Notes under the pieces: generated by a model
What the model saw: the letters and a program-made list of their open reading frames with translations, nothing else
Told to the model about the DNA's origin: nothing
The model's database searches: none
Shown here: positions 8,345 through 17,328 of the stretch, in pieces
How positions within the stretch are numbered: position 1 is the stretch's first letter
Layout of the letters: every line of letters starts with the position of its first letter
Program-made: the position numbers and the translations under genes
Origin: Candidatus Poribacteria bacterium
GTDB lineage: Bacteria > Poribacteria > WGA-4E > WGA-3G
DNA length: 64,000 nt
Assembly (NCBI GenBank): GCA_965215265.1
Contig: OZ244048.1
Span: 3,744,001 to 3,808,000, forward strand
Reading direction: 5' to 3'

Positions 8345-10537
8345 ATGAAAATTTTGACCGGATTGTGGGTGTGTATTCTATTTATTCCTATTGCTGTCGA
8401 TGCACAGAGTGGGCGGGCATTACCGCGTATGTCAGCACATCGCACTTCTGAGGAAATCAAAATTGATGGGGTACTTGACGAATCTGCTTGGCAAACCGTA
8501 GAGCCAATCCGTCAGTTATACCAAATCCAACCTAACCAAGGTGAGCCTGCGACACAACCCTCTGAAGTACGAATCCTTTATGATACCAAAAAACTCTACT
8601 TCGGGTTCATCTTTTTCGATTCGGAGATTGACAAACTGGTAGCGAACGACATGCGCCGGGATTCCCCGGGCCTACGTTCCAACGACTACGGTTTTTTGCT
8701 GTTGGATACGTACAACGACCGGCGAAATGCCGTTTTCTTCCGGTTCACGCCCGTGGGGGGCGTGGAAGATACAGCAGTCTCAAACAGTGGTGGGAGTCTT
8801 AACGGGAGCTGGGACATTGTTTGGGAGTGCCGCTGCAAAATTAACCCAGAAAACTGGACAGCGGAGATCGCAGTACCGTTTAGTCAACTCCGATTTGAAC
8901 AGAGCGACGTGATGACGTGGGGGCTAAATTTCGGACGTGAAATTGCACGAAACCGAGAAATTGCAGCGTGGAATGAGGCACCAAAAACTTATGGTGGGCT
9001 AGCAAAGTATCGCACTGCGTATTTCGGTACACTTGAGGGGTTAAAGGGTATCCGTCCATCAAGGCATCTGGAATTGCTGCCTTATGTGTCGCCCGGTGCA
9101 AGTTTCACATCAACGACAGATGAGAGTGACGGCGTATTTGAAGCCGGTTTAGATCTCAAATACGGCGTAACCCCGAATTTAACTGCTGATTTAACCTTCA
9201 ACACGGATTTTGCGCAAGTTGAAGCGGACCAGGAGCAGGTCAACCTCACCCGCTTTGACCTCTTTTTTCCGGAGCAGCGTCCGTTCTTCTTGGAAGGTGC
9301 GAGCATTTTCGATGTAGGCATCCCGCGTCCGAGTTTCCGCAGGCCACCGCCCTTACTACTGTTTTATAGCCGCCGCGTCGGACTTGCCAAAGATCGGGCG
9401 ATCCCTATCCTCGGTGGCGGTAAAATTACCGGAAAAATAGGTCCTTACGGTATTGGCATCCTGAACGTCTTGACGGACAAATCCCGAGAGGAAAAGACAG
9501 GAACTTCCGAGGATGACATATTCGACGAACCGCGCACAAATTACTCGGTTGTACGGGTGAACCGTGACATCTTAAAGCGCTCAACTGTAGGGGCAATTTT
9601 TGTCAATAAGCAAGATGCTGACACATACAATCGCACAACGGGGCTCGATTTCTCGTACCGGCCGACAAGAGAGATTGATATCCGCGGCTTGTGGTCGCGT
9701 ACTTTTGACGAAGGCATCTCTGGAAACAGCAATGCTCTCTTTTTTGGTGGGGATTGGCGAACGAATCTATTTCGACTCAACGGTTCATATACAGACATCG
9801 GCGAAGACTTTAGGCCGGAAGTCGGTTTTGTGCAACGCCGGGGGATCCGCCGCTTTCGAGGCGATGCTAGCTACACCCCCTGGCCCGGCAAATTTGGCAT
9901 TCGTGGGATTCAGATTGGACCTGAAATAGATCTCGTCCTGACACAAGAGAATGAACTAGAAACGCAAGAGATTACTTTCGACACGCAATTTGAATTTGAA
10001 ACGGGTGACGACATCGGGTTTCAAGTCAAGAATGCAACAGAAAATCTTGAGGAAGATTTTCTCATTCAAGAGGTTAGTATCCCGGCAGATGAGTATAATT
10101 TTACTTCCTTTCAGACATCCGTCCAATCGAGTAGCAGCCGGATGATTTCCGGGAGCCTCGAAGTGGAGCTCGGTGAATTCTATCACGGCACCAGGCGTGG
10201 TTTCTCAATCGACACAAGCATCAGACCCACTGCACAACTCAGTATTGAGTCGTTGATTGAATTTAACAGGATTACGCTATCTGAGACGGCTTTCAATGCT
10301 AACGTCTTTGGAGGCAGAATTGGCTATTCCTTCTCCACGACACTTTTTACTAAGTTGTTTGCCCAATGGAGCACCGATAGAGATATAATCTCTACGAACT
10401 TTTTGCTCAACTATATTTACCGGCCTGGCAGTGATTTCTACCTGGTCTTCAATCAAAATTATAATACAGCAGATGGAGGCATAGAACTCGGTGACTGGAC
10501 GGTTGTGGGTAAATTGACGTATTGGTGGAATCCTTAA
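8345..10537 (+). CDS. DUF5916-domain protein with N-terminal CBM9-like sugar-binding domain (outer membrane)
   Basis: IKIDGVLDESAW, WTAEIAVPFSQLRF, NTDFAQVEAD, LFFPEQRPFFLEG, LFYSRRVG; signal peptide. Confidence 0.88.
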   Translation: MKILTGLWVCILFIPIAVDAQSGRALPRMSAHRTSEEIKIDGVLDESAWQTVEPIRQLYQIQPNQGEPATQPSEVRILYDTKKLYFGFIFFDSEIDKLVANDMRRDSPGLRSNDYGFLLLDTYNDRRNAVFFRFTPVGGVEDTAVSNSGGSLNGSWDIVWECRCKINPENWTAEIAVPFSQLRFEQSDVMTWGLNFGREIARNREIAAWNEAPKTYGGLAKYRTAYFGTLEGLKGIRPSRHLELLPYVSPGASFTSTTDESDGVFEAGLDLKYGVTPNLTADLTFNTDFAQVEADQEQVNLTRFDLFFPEQRPFFLEGASIFDVGIPRPSFRRPPPLLLFYSRRVGLAKDRAIPILGGGKITGKIGPYGIGILNVLTDKSREEKTGTSEDDIFDEPRTNYSVVRVNRDILKRSTVGAIFVNKQDADTYNRTTGLDFSYRPTREIDIRGLWSRTFDEGISGNSNALFFGGDWRTNLFRLNGSYTDIGEDFRPEVGFVQRRGIRRFRGDASYTPWPGKFGIRGIQIGPEIDLVLTQENELETQEITFDTQFEFETGDDIGFQVKNATENLEEDFLIQEVSIPADEYNFTSFQTSVQSSSSRMISGSLEVELGEFYHGTRRGFSIDTSIRPTAQLSIESLIEFNRITLSETAFNANVFGGRIGYSFSTTLFTKLFAQWSTDRDIISTNFLLNYIYRPGSDFYLVFNQNYNTADGGIELGDWTVVGKLTYWWNP

Positions 10538-10573
10538 GGGCCAACCCAACTTTGGAGTGGATAGGCGGTTCCA

Positions 10574-11272
10574 CTAACCGCCGCCCTCCAGCCACTGTTT
10601 TATTGTCCAAAACTGGTACCCTTCGCGTTTAAGAGCTGTGATGATTCTGTCTGTCGCTTCAACTGTACCTGAACGATCGGCGTGTTCATTTTCAGCTTTG
10701 CCGTCATGGAGGACGATAATCGACCCTGGTTTTGTTTTTTTTAGTACCGTTTGAGTGATTCGCCGGGGGTTCTGTGTTGTCCAATCCCAACTCCAGACAT
10801 TACAACTAATGTGCGTCCGGTCTGCTTTTGAAAGGACCCAGGCAACTGGCAGAAACCTTGTTAACATCGGTGCTCGAAACACGATTTCATCTCCAATATC
10901 CAACTCACGAAGAAGGCGGTCAGTTCGTTCAATTTCTCGCTGGATATAAGTAGAGGTCCGGAGTCCTAGCACCGGATGGCTATAGGAATGATTGCCAACC
11001 TGATGTCCTTTACGCCTAATCATACGGACCGTTTCGGGATGTTTTTCAATCCGCTGACCAACCAGAAAGAATGTAGCTTTAATGTTATGCAGGTCAAGTA
11101 CTTCAAGTAGCTGCTCGGTGTAGGGCGGATTAGGTCCATCATCGAAGGTGAGCGCGACTATCTTTTGCTCTGTGTGCATCTGAACAATATTCTTTCCGAA
11201 GGGTGGTTTAAAGAAAAATCGAGACAACAGTGTAGCCGTTACCAATGCTATGACAGCAATAATTGGGTTCAT
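10574..11272 (-). CDS. Polysaccharide deacetylase (NodB/CE4) with N-terminal membrane anchor
   Basis: ALTFDDGP, GNHSYSH, FRAP, SWDW, IIVLHDG. Confidence 0.93.
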   Translation of the reverse strand: MNPIIAVIALVTATLLSRFFFKPPFGKNIVQMHTEQKIVALTFDDGPNPPYTEQLLEVLDLHNIKATFFLVGQRIEKHPETVRMIRRKGHQVGNHSYSHPVLGLRTSTYIQREIERTDRLLRELDIGDEIVFRAPMLTRFLPVAWVLSKADRTHISCNVWSWDWTTQNPRRITQTVLKKTKPGSIIVLHDGKAENEHADRSGTVEATDRIITALKREGYQFWTIKQWLEGGG

Positions 11273-11286
11273 TTTTTAGTATTCCG

Positions 11287-12087
11287 TTAGGTTGGTGCGT
11301 TCTTGTACGGGAGTGAATTTTTGTCTTCCTGCAACTGAATTTTGCGTATTTTTGGCAGTTCCCACCAAGGGACGTAAGGATACTCGTGATGTTCCCAATG
11401 GTACCCGAAGTGGTAACAGGTGATAAAAGACCAGAATCTGGAATAGACGTTGCTCTGCGCGCGATGGCGGTTGTCATAGCCGCCTTCTGGAAGGCGGTGC
11501 GGCAGATATGTGCCGAAATAAAATAATTGTAATGTGCTCAGCCAGGAAGGCAGAACCCAGAACAGTAAAAGGTTGACAGTCGGAATTCCCAAAACGTATT
11601 CCATGATTTGAAATACGAGTGCCATCCCAACTATCTGTTTCCAACCGAGATATGTTTTCATAAAATGAAAGTACCACGCCAAGAAGCCGCTATGTGTGCC
11701 ATCATGAAAATCCGGATCCGTCCCGCTTGCGGGTGTTTTATGGTGTGCCCAATGCTTAACTAATAAGTTACGATACTCAAAAAGTGCGTATAACCTAACA
11801 GCGACGGTTCCAATTATGTTATTGAGTCGTGGGCGAGCCGGACATACCGTACCGTGCATCGCGTCATGTGCTGTAATGAACAGACCTGTATAGAGAAACA
11901 TCTGGCAAAGTATGCACACAGGTATGATGCCAATCTGGATTTGAGCCACATCACGTGTCAGTAATGTCGTAAGGCTCAAGATCCATAACCCGATAATCGT
12001 TAATGCAATAGATAAGCCCTTATGTATCGGTTTCATATTTTTAATTAAATTGTGGTTGGTGTTACGTCGATCGTCTGATGCTAGCAT
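11287..12087 (-). CDS. crtW: Beta-carotene ketolase (fatty acid desaturase family)
   Basis: TGLFITAHDAMHG, HWAHH..P....DPDF, QLFYFGTYLPH, TCYHFGYHWEHH..P..PWW; alternative start at 12036. Confidence 0.88.
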   Translation of the reverse strand: MLASDDRRNTNHNLIKNMKPIHKGLSIALTIIGLWILSLTTLLTRDVAQIQIGIIPVCILCQMFLYTGLFITAHDAMHGTVCPARPRLNNIIGTVAVRLYALFEYRNLLVKHWAHHKTPASGTDPDFHDGTHSGFLAWYFHFMKTYLGWKQIVGMALVFQIMEYVLGIPTVNLLLFWVLPSWLSTLQLFYFGTYLPHRLPEGGYDNRHRAQSNVYSRFWSFITCYHFGYHWEHHEYPYVPWWELPKIRKIQLQEDKNSLPYKNAPT

Positions 12088-12090
12088 GTT

Positions 12091-12771
12091 TTAGGTTTTC
12101 AAGTTCACGAGTCCGAAATAGGTGAGTTGTGCGAAATAGAAGTGAAGCGCGATACGTGGCAACGGGCGGCGAAATAAGCCGATGTGCGAGCCGATTGTAG
12201 AGAAGATGAAACTTAATCCAAACCACGCTAGGTAGTTCTGAAAAGGAATGCGGTTGTTAGTCCATTTCCAATAATCCAATTTGATTGCGGCTGGCTCCAT
12301 AAGCATATCGAAGCCGACCATTAGCAACGCCACCAAACACGGTAACTTGAATAGACTTTTCGTTATGGATTCGGGACAGACGGTTTGGACGACAGCCGTT
12401 GAGGCGATAAGCATCACGAACCATGCACATCCAATAGAAATTGGCACACTATCAAGCGATGGACGTAATGTCTGCCCATACTGATATGAACCGAAAATCA
12501 GACCTGTGCGTACGCCGAACCATTCTATGCCAAAACTACCGATAATAATCGCTATGCTCCAGCAGGAAATTTTCTGTTTCTCATCCTGTGGAGAGGCGCA
12601 CCAGCATTCCGAGAACAGCCATGCGCCTAAACCGAGCATAATTGGCGAAGCGAGGATTCGCATGGGTTGTTGAAAAACATCCAGTAGATGCCATAGTCCG
12701 CCGGCACCTAAAATTAGATAGAGCACGCCTATTTTGAACTTATTTAGACTGATACTGTTTTTCTTACCTAT
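12091..12771 (-). CDS. cruF: Carotenoid 1',2'-hydratase (CruF family)
   Basis: E..GVRTGLIFGSYQY, VP..I..AW, DMLMEP.A...YWKW, PFQNYLAW. SD AAGGAG sits 7 nt before an in-frame ATA at 12771 (ORF track starts at GTG 12726). Confidence 0.85.
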   Translation of the reverse strand: MGKKNSISLNKFKIGVLYLILGAGGLWHLLDVFQQPMRILASPIMLGLGAWLFSECWCASPQDEKQKISCWSIAIIIGSFGIEWFGVRTGLIFGSYQYGQTLRPSLDSVPISIGCAWFVMLIASTAVVQTVCPESITKSLFKLPCLVALLMVGFDMLMEPAAIKLDYWKWTNNRIPFQNYLAWFGLSFIFSTIGSHIGLFRRPLPRIALHFYFAQLTYFGLVNLKT

Positions 12772-12793
12772 TCTGGGTCTCCTTACAAATAGA

Positions 12794-12822
12794 AGTTTAA
12801 GTACTTATTATCGGACTGTCAA
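12794..12822 (-). promoter_or_regulatory. Internal sigma70 promoter for cruF-crtW-deacetylase
   Basis: Minus strand TTGACA-N17-TAAACT. Confidence 0.6.
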
Positions 12823-12870
12823 TTTCAATTCGATGAGTCGTATTAGCCCAAAGGGCGGTTTTGCCCTGGT

Positions 12871-13992
12871 TTAGTCGTTTATCTGCAAATTGATTTCACG
12901 TCCCTTCCACTGTACGCGTCCCGTCCTGACTTGGTATACAGAATGAATGCCAATTAGCAGCGTCAGCAAAACCCCAAACGGATGCAAAATCACGCTTGTA
13001 AAGCATGGATGTTTATATTTGAGTACCAGTGCTATCCGCATAGCAACGTTCATAGCGATGGCAACGAGTGCCAGTGTTCTCAATTGTGCAAACCAGACAG
13101 CGATATAGGGCAAAATAGACATCGTGAACAGTCCCAGGGTTAAAATAAAAAACGGTATGATGCGGTAGCGGACCAGCCCAAAGAGGTTTTTAGAAAATCC
13201 GTGCCATACCTCGTTGAATGAATGATACATTCGGCAAGCTACAACGCCAGTGCCGGCTGATGTTAAGATTCTGATACCGTTCTTTTTTGCCAAACGACTC
13301 AACTCAACGTCTTCAACCAGTTGATTTGATACGGCTTGATGGCCCCCAATCTGTTTATATGCTTCCCGCGTGAAGGCAATCCACAGCCCGCTTGCGGCGG
13401 CAAGTGCAGGCGAACGACTGAAATATGTCAGCCATAATGGAAGCCCTGCGTAAACGAACATGTCGACCACTGGGACCACCAGTTTCTCCGCCAATGTCAC
13501 CGTCACTTTTTCTGGAAACGCTGACAATAACCCAAGTTCTAGTTTCTGCATATAGGCTACGGTATTCGCGATCGCCTCAGGGGCAGGGCGGTTATCCGCG
13601 TCAGTGAAAATGAGTATTTCACCGTTTGCAGATTGACTTAACTGATGGCATGCCCAATTCTTCCCGGTCCAACCCGGGGGCAATGATTCGCCACAAATCG
13701 CTTGAACTTGAGGGTGCTGCTCGCTGAATTGTTGGATGATGGCTAGCGTGCGATCTGTGGATTGGTCGTCGAGTACGTGTATTTCAAAGTTATCGTAAGT
13801 TTGAGAGAGTAATCCGTCAACACAATTCTGGATGTTGGATTCCTCGTTACGAGCGGGGATCAGCACTGAAACGCGCGGACGGTGCCGGTGGCTGCCAGTT
13901 TTTTTCAGCATAGGTGCCGTTACGACATTAAACAGCGTTACTGTTAAGCTAATCGCCAGCAGTCCAATGGAAATCAACATTAATGTAAACAA
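12871..13992 (-). CDS. Carotenoid glycosyltransferase, GT2 (CruC/CrtQ-like)
   Basis: VSVLIPARNEE, DDQSTD, LPPGWTGKNWAC, FTDAD, VEDVEL, CRMY; carotenoid cluster context. Confidence 0.9.
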   Translation of the reverse strand: MFTLMLISIGLLAISLTVTLFNVVTAPMLKKTGSHRHRPRVSVLIPARNEESNIQNCVDGLLSQTYDNFEIHVLDDQSTDRTLAIIQQFSEQHPQVQAICGESLPPGWTGKNWACHQLSQSANGEILIFTDADNRPAPEAIANTVAYMQKLELGLLSAFPEKVTVTLAEKLVVPVVDMFVYAGLPLWLTYFSRSPALAAASGLWIAFTREAYKQIGGHQAVSNQLVEDVELSRLAKKNGIRILTSAGTGVVACRMYHSFNEVWHGFSKNLFGLVRYRIIPFFILTLGLFTMSILPYIAVWFAQLRTLALVAIAMNVAMRIALVLKYKHPCFTSVILHPFGVLLTLLIGIHSVYQVRTGRVQWKGREINLQIND

Positions 13993-14018
13993 TATTGTAA
14001 GTCCGTTTGAAGTAATTT

Positions 14019-14155
14019 TGTGGCAGGATAGGTATTCTTTGTCTCTCCTGAAAGGAGAGACAAGTGGCGAGATAGGTATCTTTATCTGTCCATGAGAGAA
14101 GATAACCTTTTACTCGCCACCCATTGGGATAACCTTTTACCTGCCACCCACTGGG
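14019..14155. repeat. REP-like repeat family A, composite array (copy 3)
   Basis: Two GTGGC(A/G)(G/A)GATAGGTAT units, hairpin TGTCTCTCC-TGAAA-GGAGAGACA, and two GATAACCTTTTAC..GCCACCCA.TGGG units. Confidence 0.85.
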
Positions 14156-14162
14156 CTGGGCT

Positions 14163-14819
14163 TTAAAGCAGATTTTTCCCGTTTTCTTGGCAAAGTATCC
14201 GCGAAGCCAAGTTATCCAATAGTGCGGTTTCAGTTTTTTGAAGCCAATCCATTCCGTGGAATGTTTCCGTGTTGAACGAATGAACATCCCCTAAGAGAAA
14301 AAACACTTTAGCACGTTTTTCACCTAAAAACTCTGTGCGAATTGCTAGCGGTAGCACAGCGATCGGCTTTTGGTATTTTTGTATAATCCAGTGAACGCCG
14401 CGTTTGTAGTCAAGGGGGCGCGTATGCCACGGCAGCAGTTCCCCCTGGGGGAAGACACAGACAAGAGATCGCTTTTGATTAAGAAGTTTGACAGTATATT
14501 CTAGCGATTCAATAATACCGTGCCGACTTTCCGGTTCTATTGAATACGCCCCGATCTTCGCAAAGAATCTATATTGAGATAACTGTTTCTCAAGCATCAT
14601 AAGATAGGCGGTCCGGTGAAAAATCCGTTTGTTGAGCAGATAAACAAAGAATCCATCCCACCAGGTACTATGATTCGGGAGCAACAGCAACGGGAGTTCA
14701 TCAGGTATTTTAGGCTGTGTACCGAGAAGGTGCATCCCATGGAAATGCCGCTTTAATAGCCACTTCAGATACGGCTGGAAGATGATATCTGCCCAAAGGC
14801 AGTGCTGTGCAATAATCAT
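14163..14819 (-). CDS. Lysophospholipid/PlsC-family acyltransferase (carotenoid glycoside acyltransferase, CruD-like)
   Basis: NHSTWWDG and VFPQG motifs; ATGA overlap with the crtB stop. Confidence 0.88.
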   Translation of the reverse strand: MIIAQHCLWADIIFQPYLKWLLKRHFHGMHLLGTQPKIPDELPLLLLPNHSTWWDGFFVYLLNKRIFHRTAYLMMLEKQLSQYRFFAKIGAYSIEPESRHGIIESLEYTVKLLNQKRSLVCVFPQGELLPWHTRPLDYKRGVHWIIQKYQKPIAVLPLAIRTEFLGEKRAKVFFLLGDVHSFNTETFHGMDWLQKTETALLDNLASRILCQENGKNLL

Positions 14820-15745
14820 TTGCTTATAATACGGGTGTGCCGGGGGCAAAGTTTTTCTTGCACCGATAGGACTTTCGTCCGAATCCGTTCTTGTACCAGA
14901 ATTCCGATTTTCTCAGTAACTGAGACAAAAACTCGGCTTACAAACGGGTTGTAATCGCGCTCCTCGAGCTTCCTTAAGATACCCCGGTAGATTTTAACCG
15001 CCGAATAAATCGCGTACTGGGATTCCGGTTTAAGGAGAGAAATGCCGGGTGTAGCTTGAGCATAGTAGCGATCTGCCCGTTCGATTTGGAATTTCATAAA
15101 TGCTTTTAATTGAGGTGTCATCTTCTCCTCTAAGATGTCCTCTTCGCGGACAGCGAATCGAGCTAATTCAGTTTGTGGGAGGTAAATTCGCCCGAGCTCC
15201 TTATCTTCTCGGATGTCTCGTAGAATATTGGTTAGCTGCATCGCAAAACCGAGTTGCTTAGCGTAGTTAAAGACACGTTTGTCTTGATAACCAAGGACAT
15301 GTGTCATCATTAAGCCAACAACGGATGCGACGCGATAGCAGAAAACAGAGAGTTCGTTGAAGGTTTTGTAGCGCTGTTGTTGGATGTCCATCGCGACACC
15401 TTTGAGTAGCTCGAGCGGGTACTCAATAGGAATCTGATACGGATTGGCAACCAAGATGAAGGCCCGAATCACCGGGTGTTCGGACTCTCCGGTGTCGTAA
15501 GCTAACCTCAACTCTTCTCTCAAGAATTGGAGTTCTCTCAGGATTTCATCTGCAGTTCGCTGCCGCGGTGTATCAATCAGATTGTCGCAGTGTCTACAAA
15601 AGCCGTAAATTGCGTACGTTGCCCAGCGCTGTTGACGTGGCAGCATTCTTGCTGAGTAGTAAAAACTCTTTGAGTGGTAAGCGGTTATGCTGCGAGCGTA
15701 CTCAAAGGCAGCTCGATTCCCGTCTACTGCTTTCCACAATTTCAT
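14816..15745 (-). CDS. crtB: Phytoene synthase
   Basis: HSKSFY, YGFCRHCDNLID, YRVASVVG, MQLTNILRDIRED..GRIYLP. Confidence 0.95.
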   Translation of the reverse strand: MKLWKAVDGNRAAFEYARSITAYHSKSFYYSARMLPRQQRWATYAIYGFCRHCDNLIDTPRQRTADEILRELQFLREELRLAYDTGESEHPVIRAFILVANPYQIPIEYPLELLKGVAMDIQQQRYKTFNELSVFCYRVASVVGLMMTHVLGYQDKRVFNYAKQLGFAMQLTNILRDIREDKELGRIYLPQTELARFAVREEDILEEKMTPQLKAFMKFQIERADRYYAQATPGISLLKPESQYAIYSAVKIYRGILRKLEERDYNPFVSRVFVSVTEKIGILVQERIRTKVLSVQEKLCPRHTRIISK

Positions 15746-17256
15746 AATATCCTCCTCCCAATCAGATCTTTGACAATCAGCTTAACTGTTGTTTCTGCCG
15801 TCAGCAATACTCCGGGAACCCCGGCACCAGGATGCGTGTTTGCTCCAACAAAATAGAGTTTTTGTATATCTTCACTTCGATTATGCGGTCGAAAATATGC
15901 TGTCTGTGTCAATTTAGGCTCAATACCCCAAGCACTACCCAGATAGTTGTTCCGTTGCATCTTAAAATCTAACGGTGTGAACGTTTCAAGTACCTCAATT
16001 GAGTCTCTTAAATCTGTGAGTCCGAAGTTCTTCTCCAAGAAAGTCAGCACCTTATTTGCATATTTCTCCTTCATCTGTTCCCACTTGATCTCACTCTCTA
16101 AATTCGGTACCGGTATTAAGGCGTACAAGCTCTCACAGCCCTCAGGTGCCATCGCCGGGTCGGTTTGCGAAGGCGTGTGCAGATAGATTGAGAAATCGTC
16201 TACTAGCGTTTTGTTATCAAAAATGTCATCTATCAACCCCTTATACCTCTCAGAAAGAATAAGCGTATGATGCTTGAGTTGCGGATATTTTTTTCGGACA
16301 CCGAGGTATAGGAGGAATGCGCTCATAGAGTATTGGGTTTTGCGGAGTTTTTTGTCAGACCATTTCCTACGATGTTCAGGCTGAATAAGTTGTCCGTAAG
16401 TGTGTGCTAAATCGGCGTTTGAAACGATGGCATCCGCTTCGTAAAGCTGACCTTTCGCAAGCACCGCCTTTGCCTCCCGATTTTCTACCAGGATTTGTTC
16501 CACTTCTGCATCGGTTTCGACGATACCCCCGAGTGCTTTGAATGCACTCTCCAACGCCTGAACCAAACCGTACATACCGCCTTTGCAGAACCAGACACCG
16601 CCTGCTTTTTCAAGATAAGGAATCATCAGGTAAATCGCTGGTGCACGGAAGGGATTGCCCCCTATGAACAACGGATGAAACGAGAAGGTGAAACGGTGGT
16701 GCGGATGCCTGAAATATTTCTTAACGAAGTCGTAAGCCGGTATTAATGCGCGAAGCCGTAAGGCACGGGGCAGAAAATTGAGCATTGTCGGTAAATCAAA
16801 TGGAGTTGCCCCCAGGCCGTCTGTGATGATAGCGTCATACAGTCGACGGGTATCCGCCATGAAACGGTCGTAGTTTCCGGCATCTGCCTTACTAAAACAC
16901 GTCATCTGTGCTTTCATGCATCCCCCATCGTCCGTATAGTCGAGAGATGAACCGTCATGAAAGTAGATTCGATAAAATGGATTGAGTTTTACTAAGTCGA
17001 GGTAATCTTCCATGCGCTTGTCAGCACATTCAAACAGGCGTTGAATCAGCTCGGGTGCCGTGATAATTGATGGGCCCATGTCGAAGGTGTACCCGTTCTT
17101 AATCAGTTGAGACGCGTGTCCCCCAACTTCGGCATTCTTTTCGAGAAGCGTGACCTGCATACCTTTCGCTTGCAGGCGAATCGCTGTCGCGAGCCCACCA
17201 AAACCTGAACCGATGATCACAATCTTTAGTTTCATAGCTTTAGGGTGTTCCTCCAA
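15742..17256 (-). CDS. crtI: Phytoene desaturase
   Basis: GSGFGG, FDMGPSIIT, FHPLFIGGNPF, RPHNRSED, GANTHPGAGVPGV; start may be ATG 17235. Confidence 0.93.
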   Translation of the reverse strand: MEEHPKAMKLKIVIIGSGFGGLATAIRLQAKGMQVTLLEKNAEVGGHASQLIKNGYTFDMGPSIITAPELIQRLFECADKRMEDYLDLVKLNPFYRIYFHDGSSLDYTDDGGCMKAQMTCFSKADAGNYDRFMADTRRLYDAIITDGLGATPFDLPTMLNFLPRALRLRALIPAYDFVKKYFRHPHHRFTFSFHPLFIGGNPFRAPAIYLMIPYLEKAGGVWFCKGGMYGLVQALESAFKALGGIVETDAEVEQILVENREAKAVLAKGQLYEADAIVSNADLAHTYGQLIQPEHRRKWSDKKLRKTQYSMSAFLLYLGVRKKYPQLKHHTLILSERYKGLIDDIFDNKTLVDDFSIYLHTPSQTDPAMAPEGCESLYALIPVPNLESEIKWEQMKEKYANKVLTFLEKNFGLTDLRDSIEVLETFTPLDFKMQRNNYLGSAWGIEPKLTQTAYFRPHNRSEDIQKLYFVGANTHPGAGVPGVLLTAETTVKLIVKDLIGRRIL

Positions 17257-17328
17257 TTACCTCGTTGGGCCTTGCAATTTTGAAGCAGCCCTTCGGTTTA
17301 ACTCACGGCAATTCGGTTTTTGCACATC

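Noticed and set aside
14019-14155. Possible mini-CRISPR
   Set aside because: Irregular spacing and mixed modules; fits a REP-like composite better.
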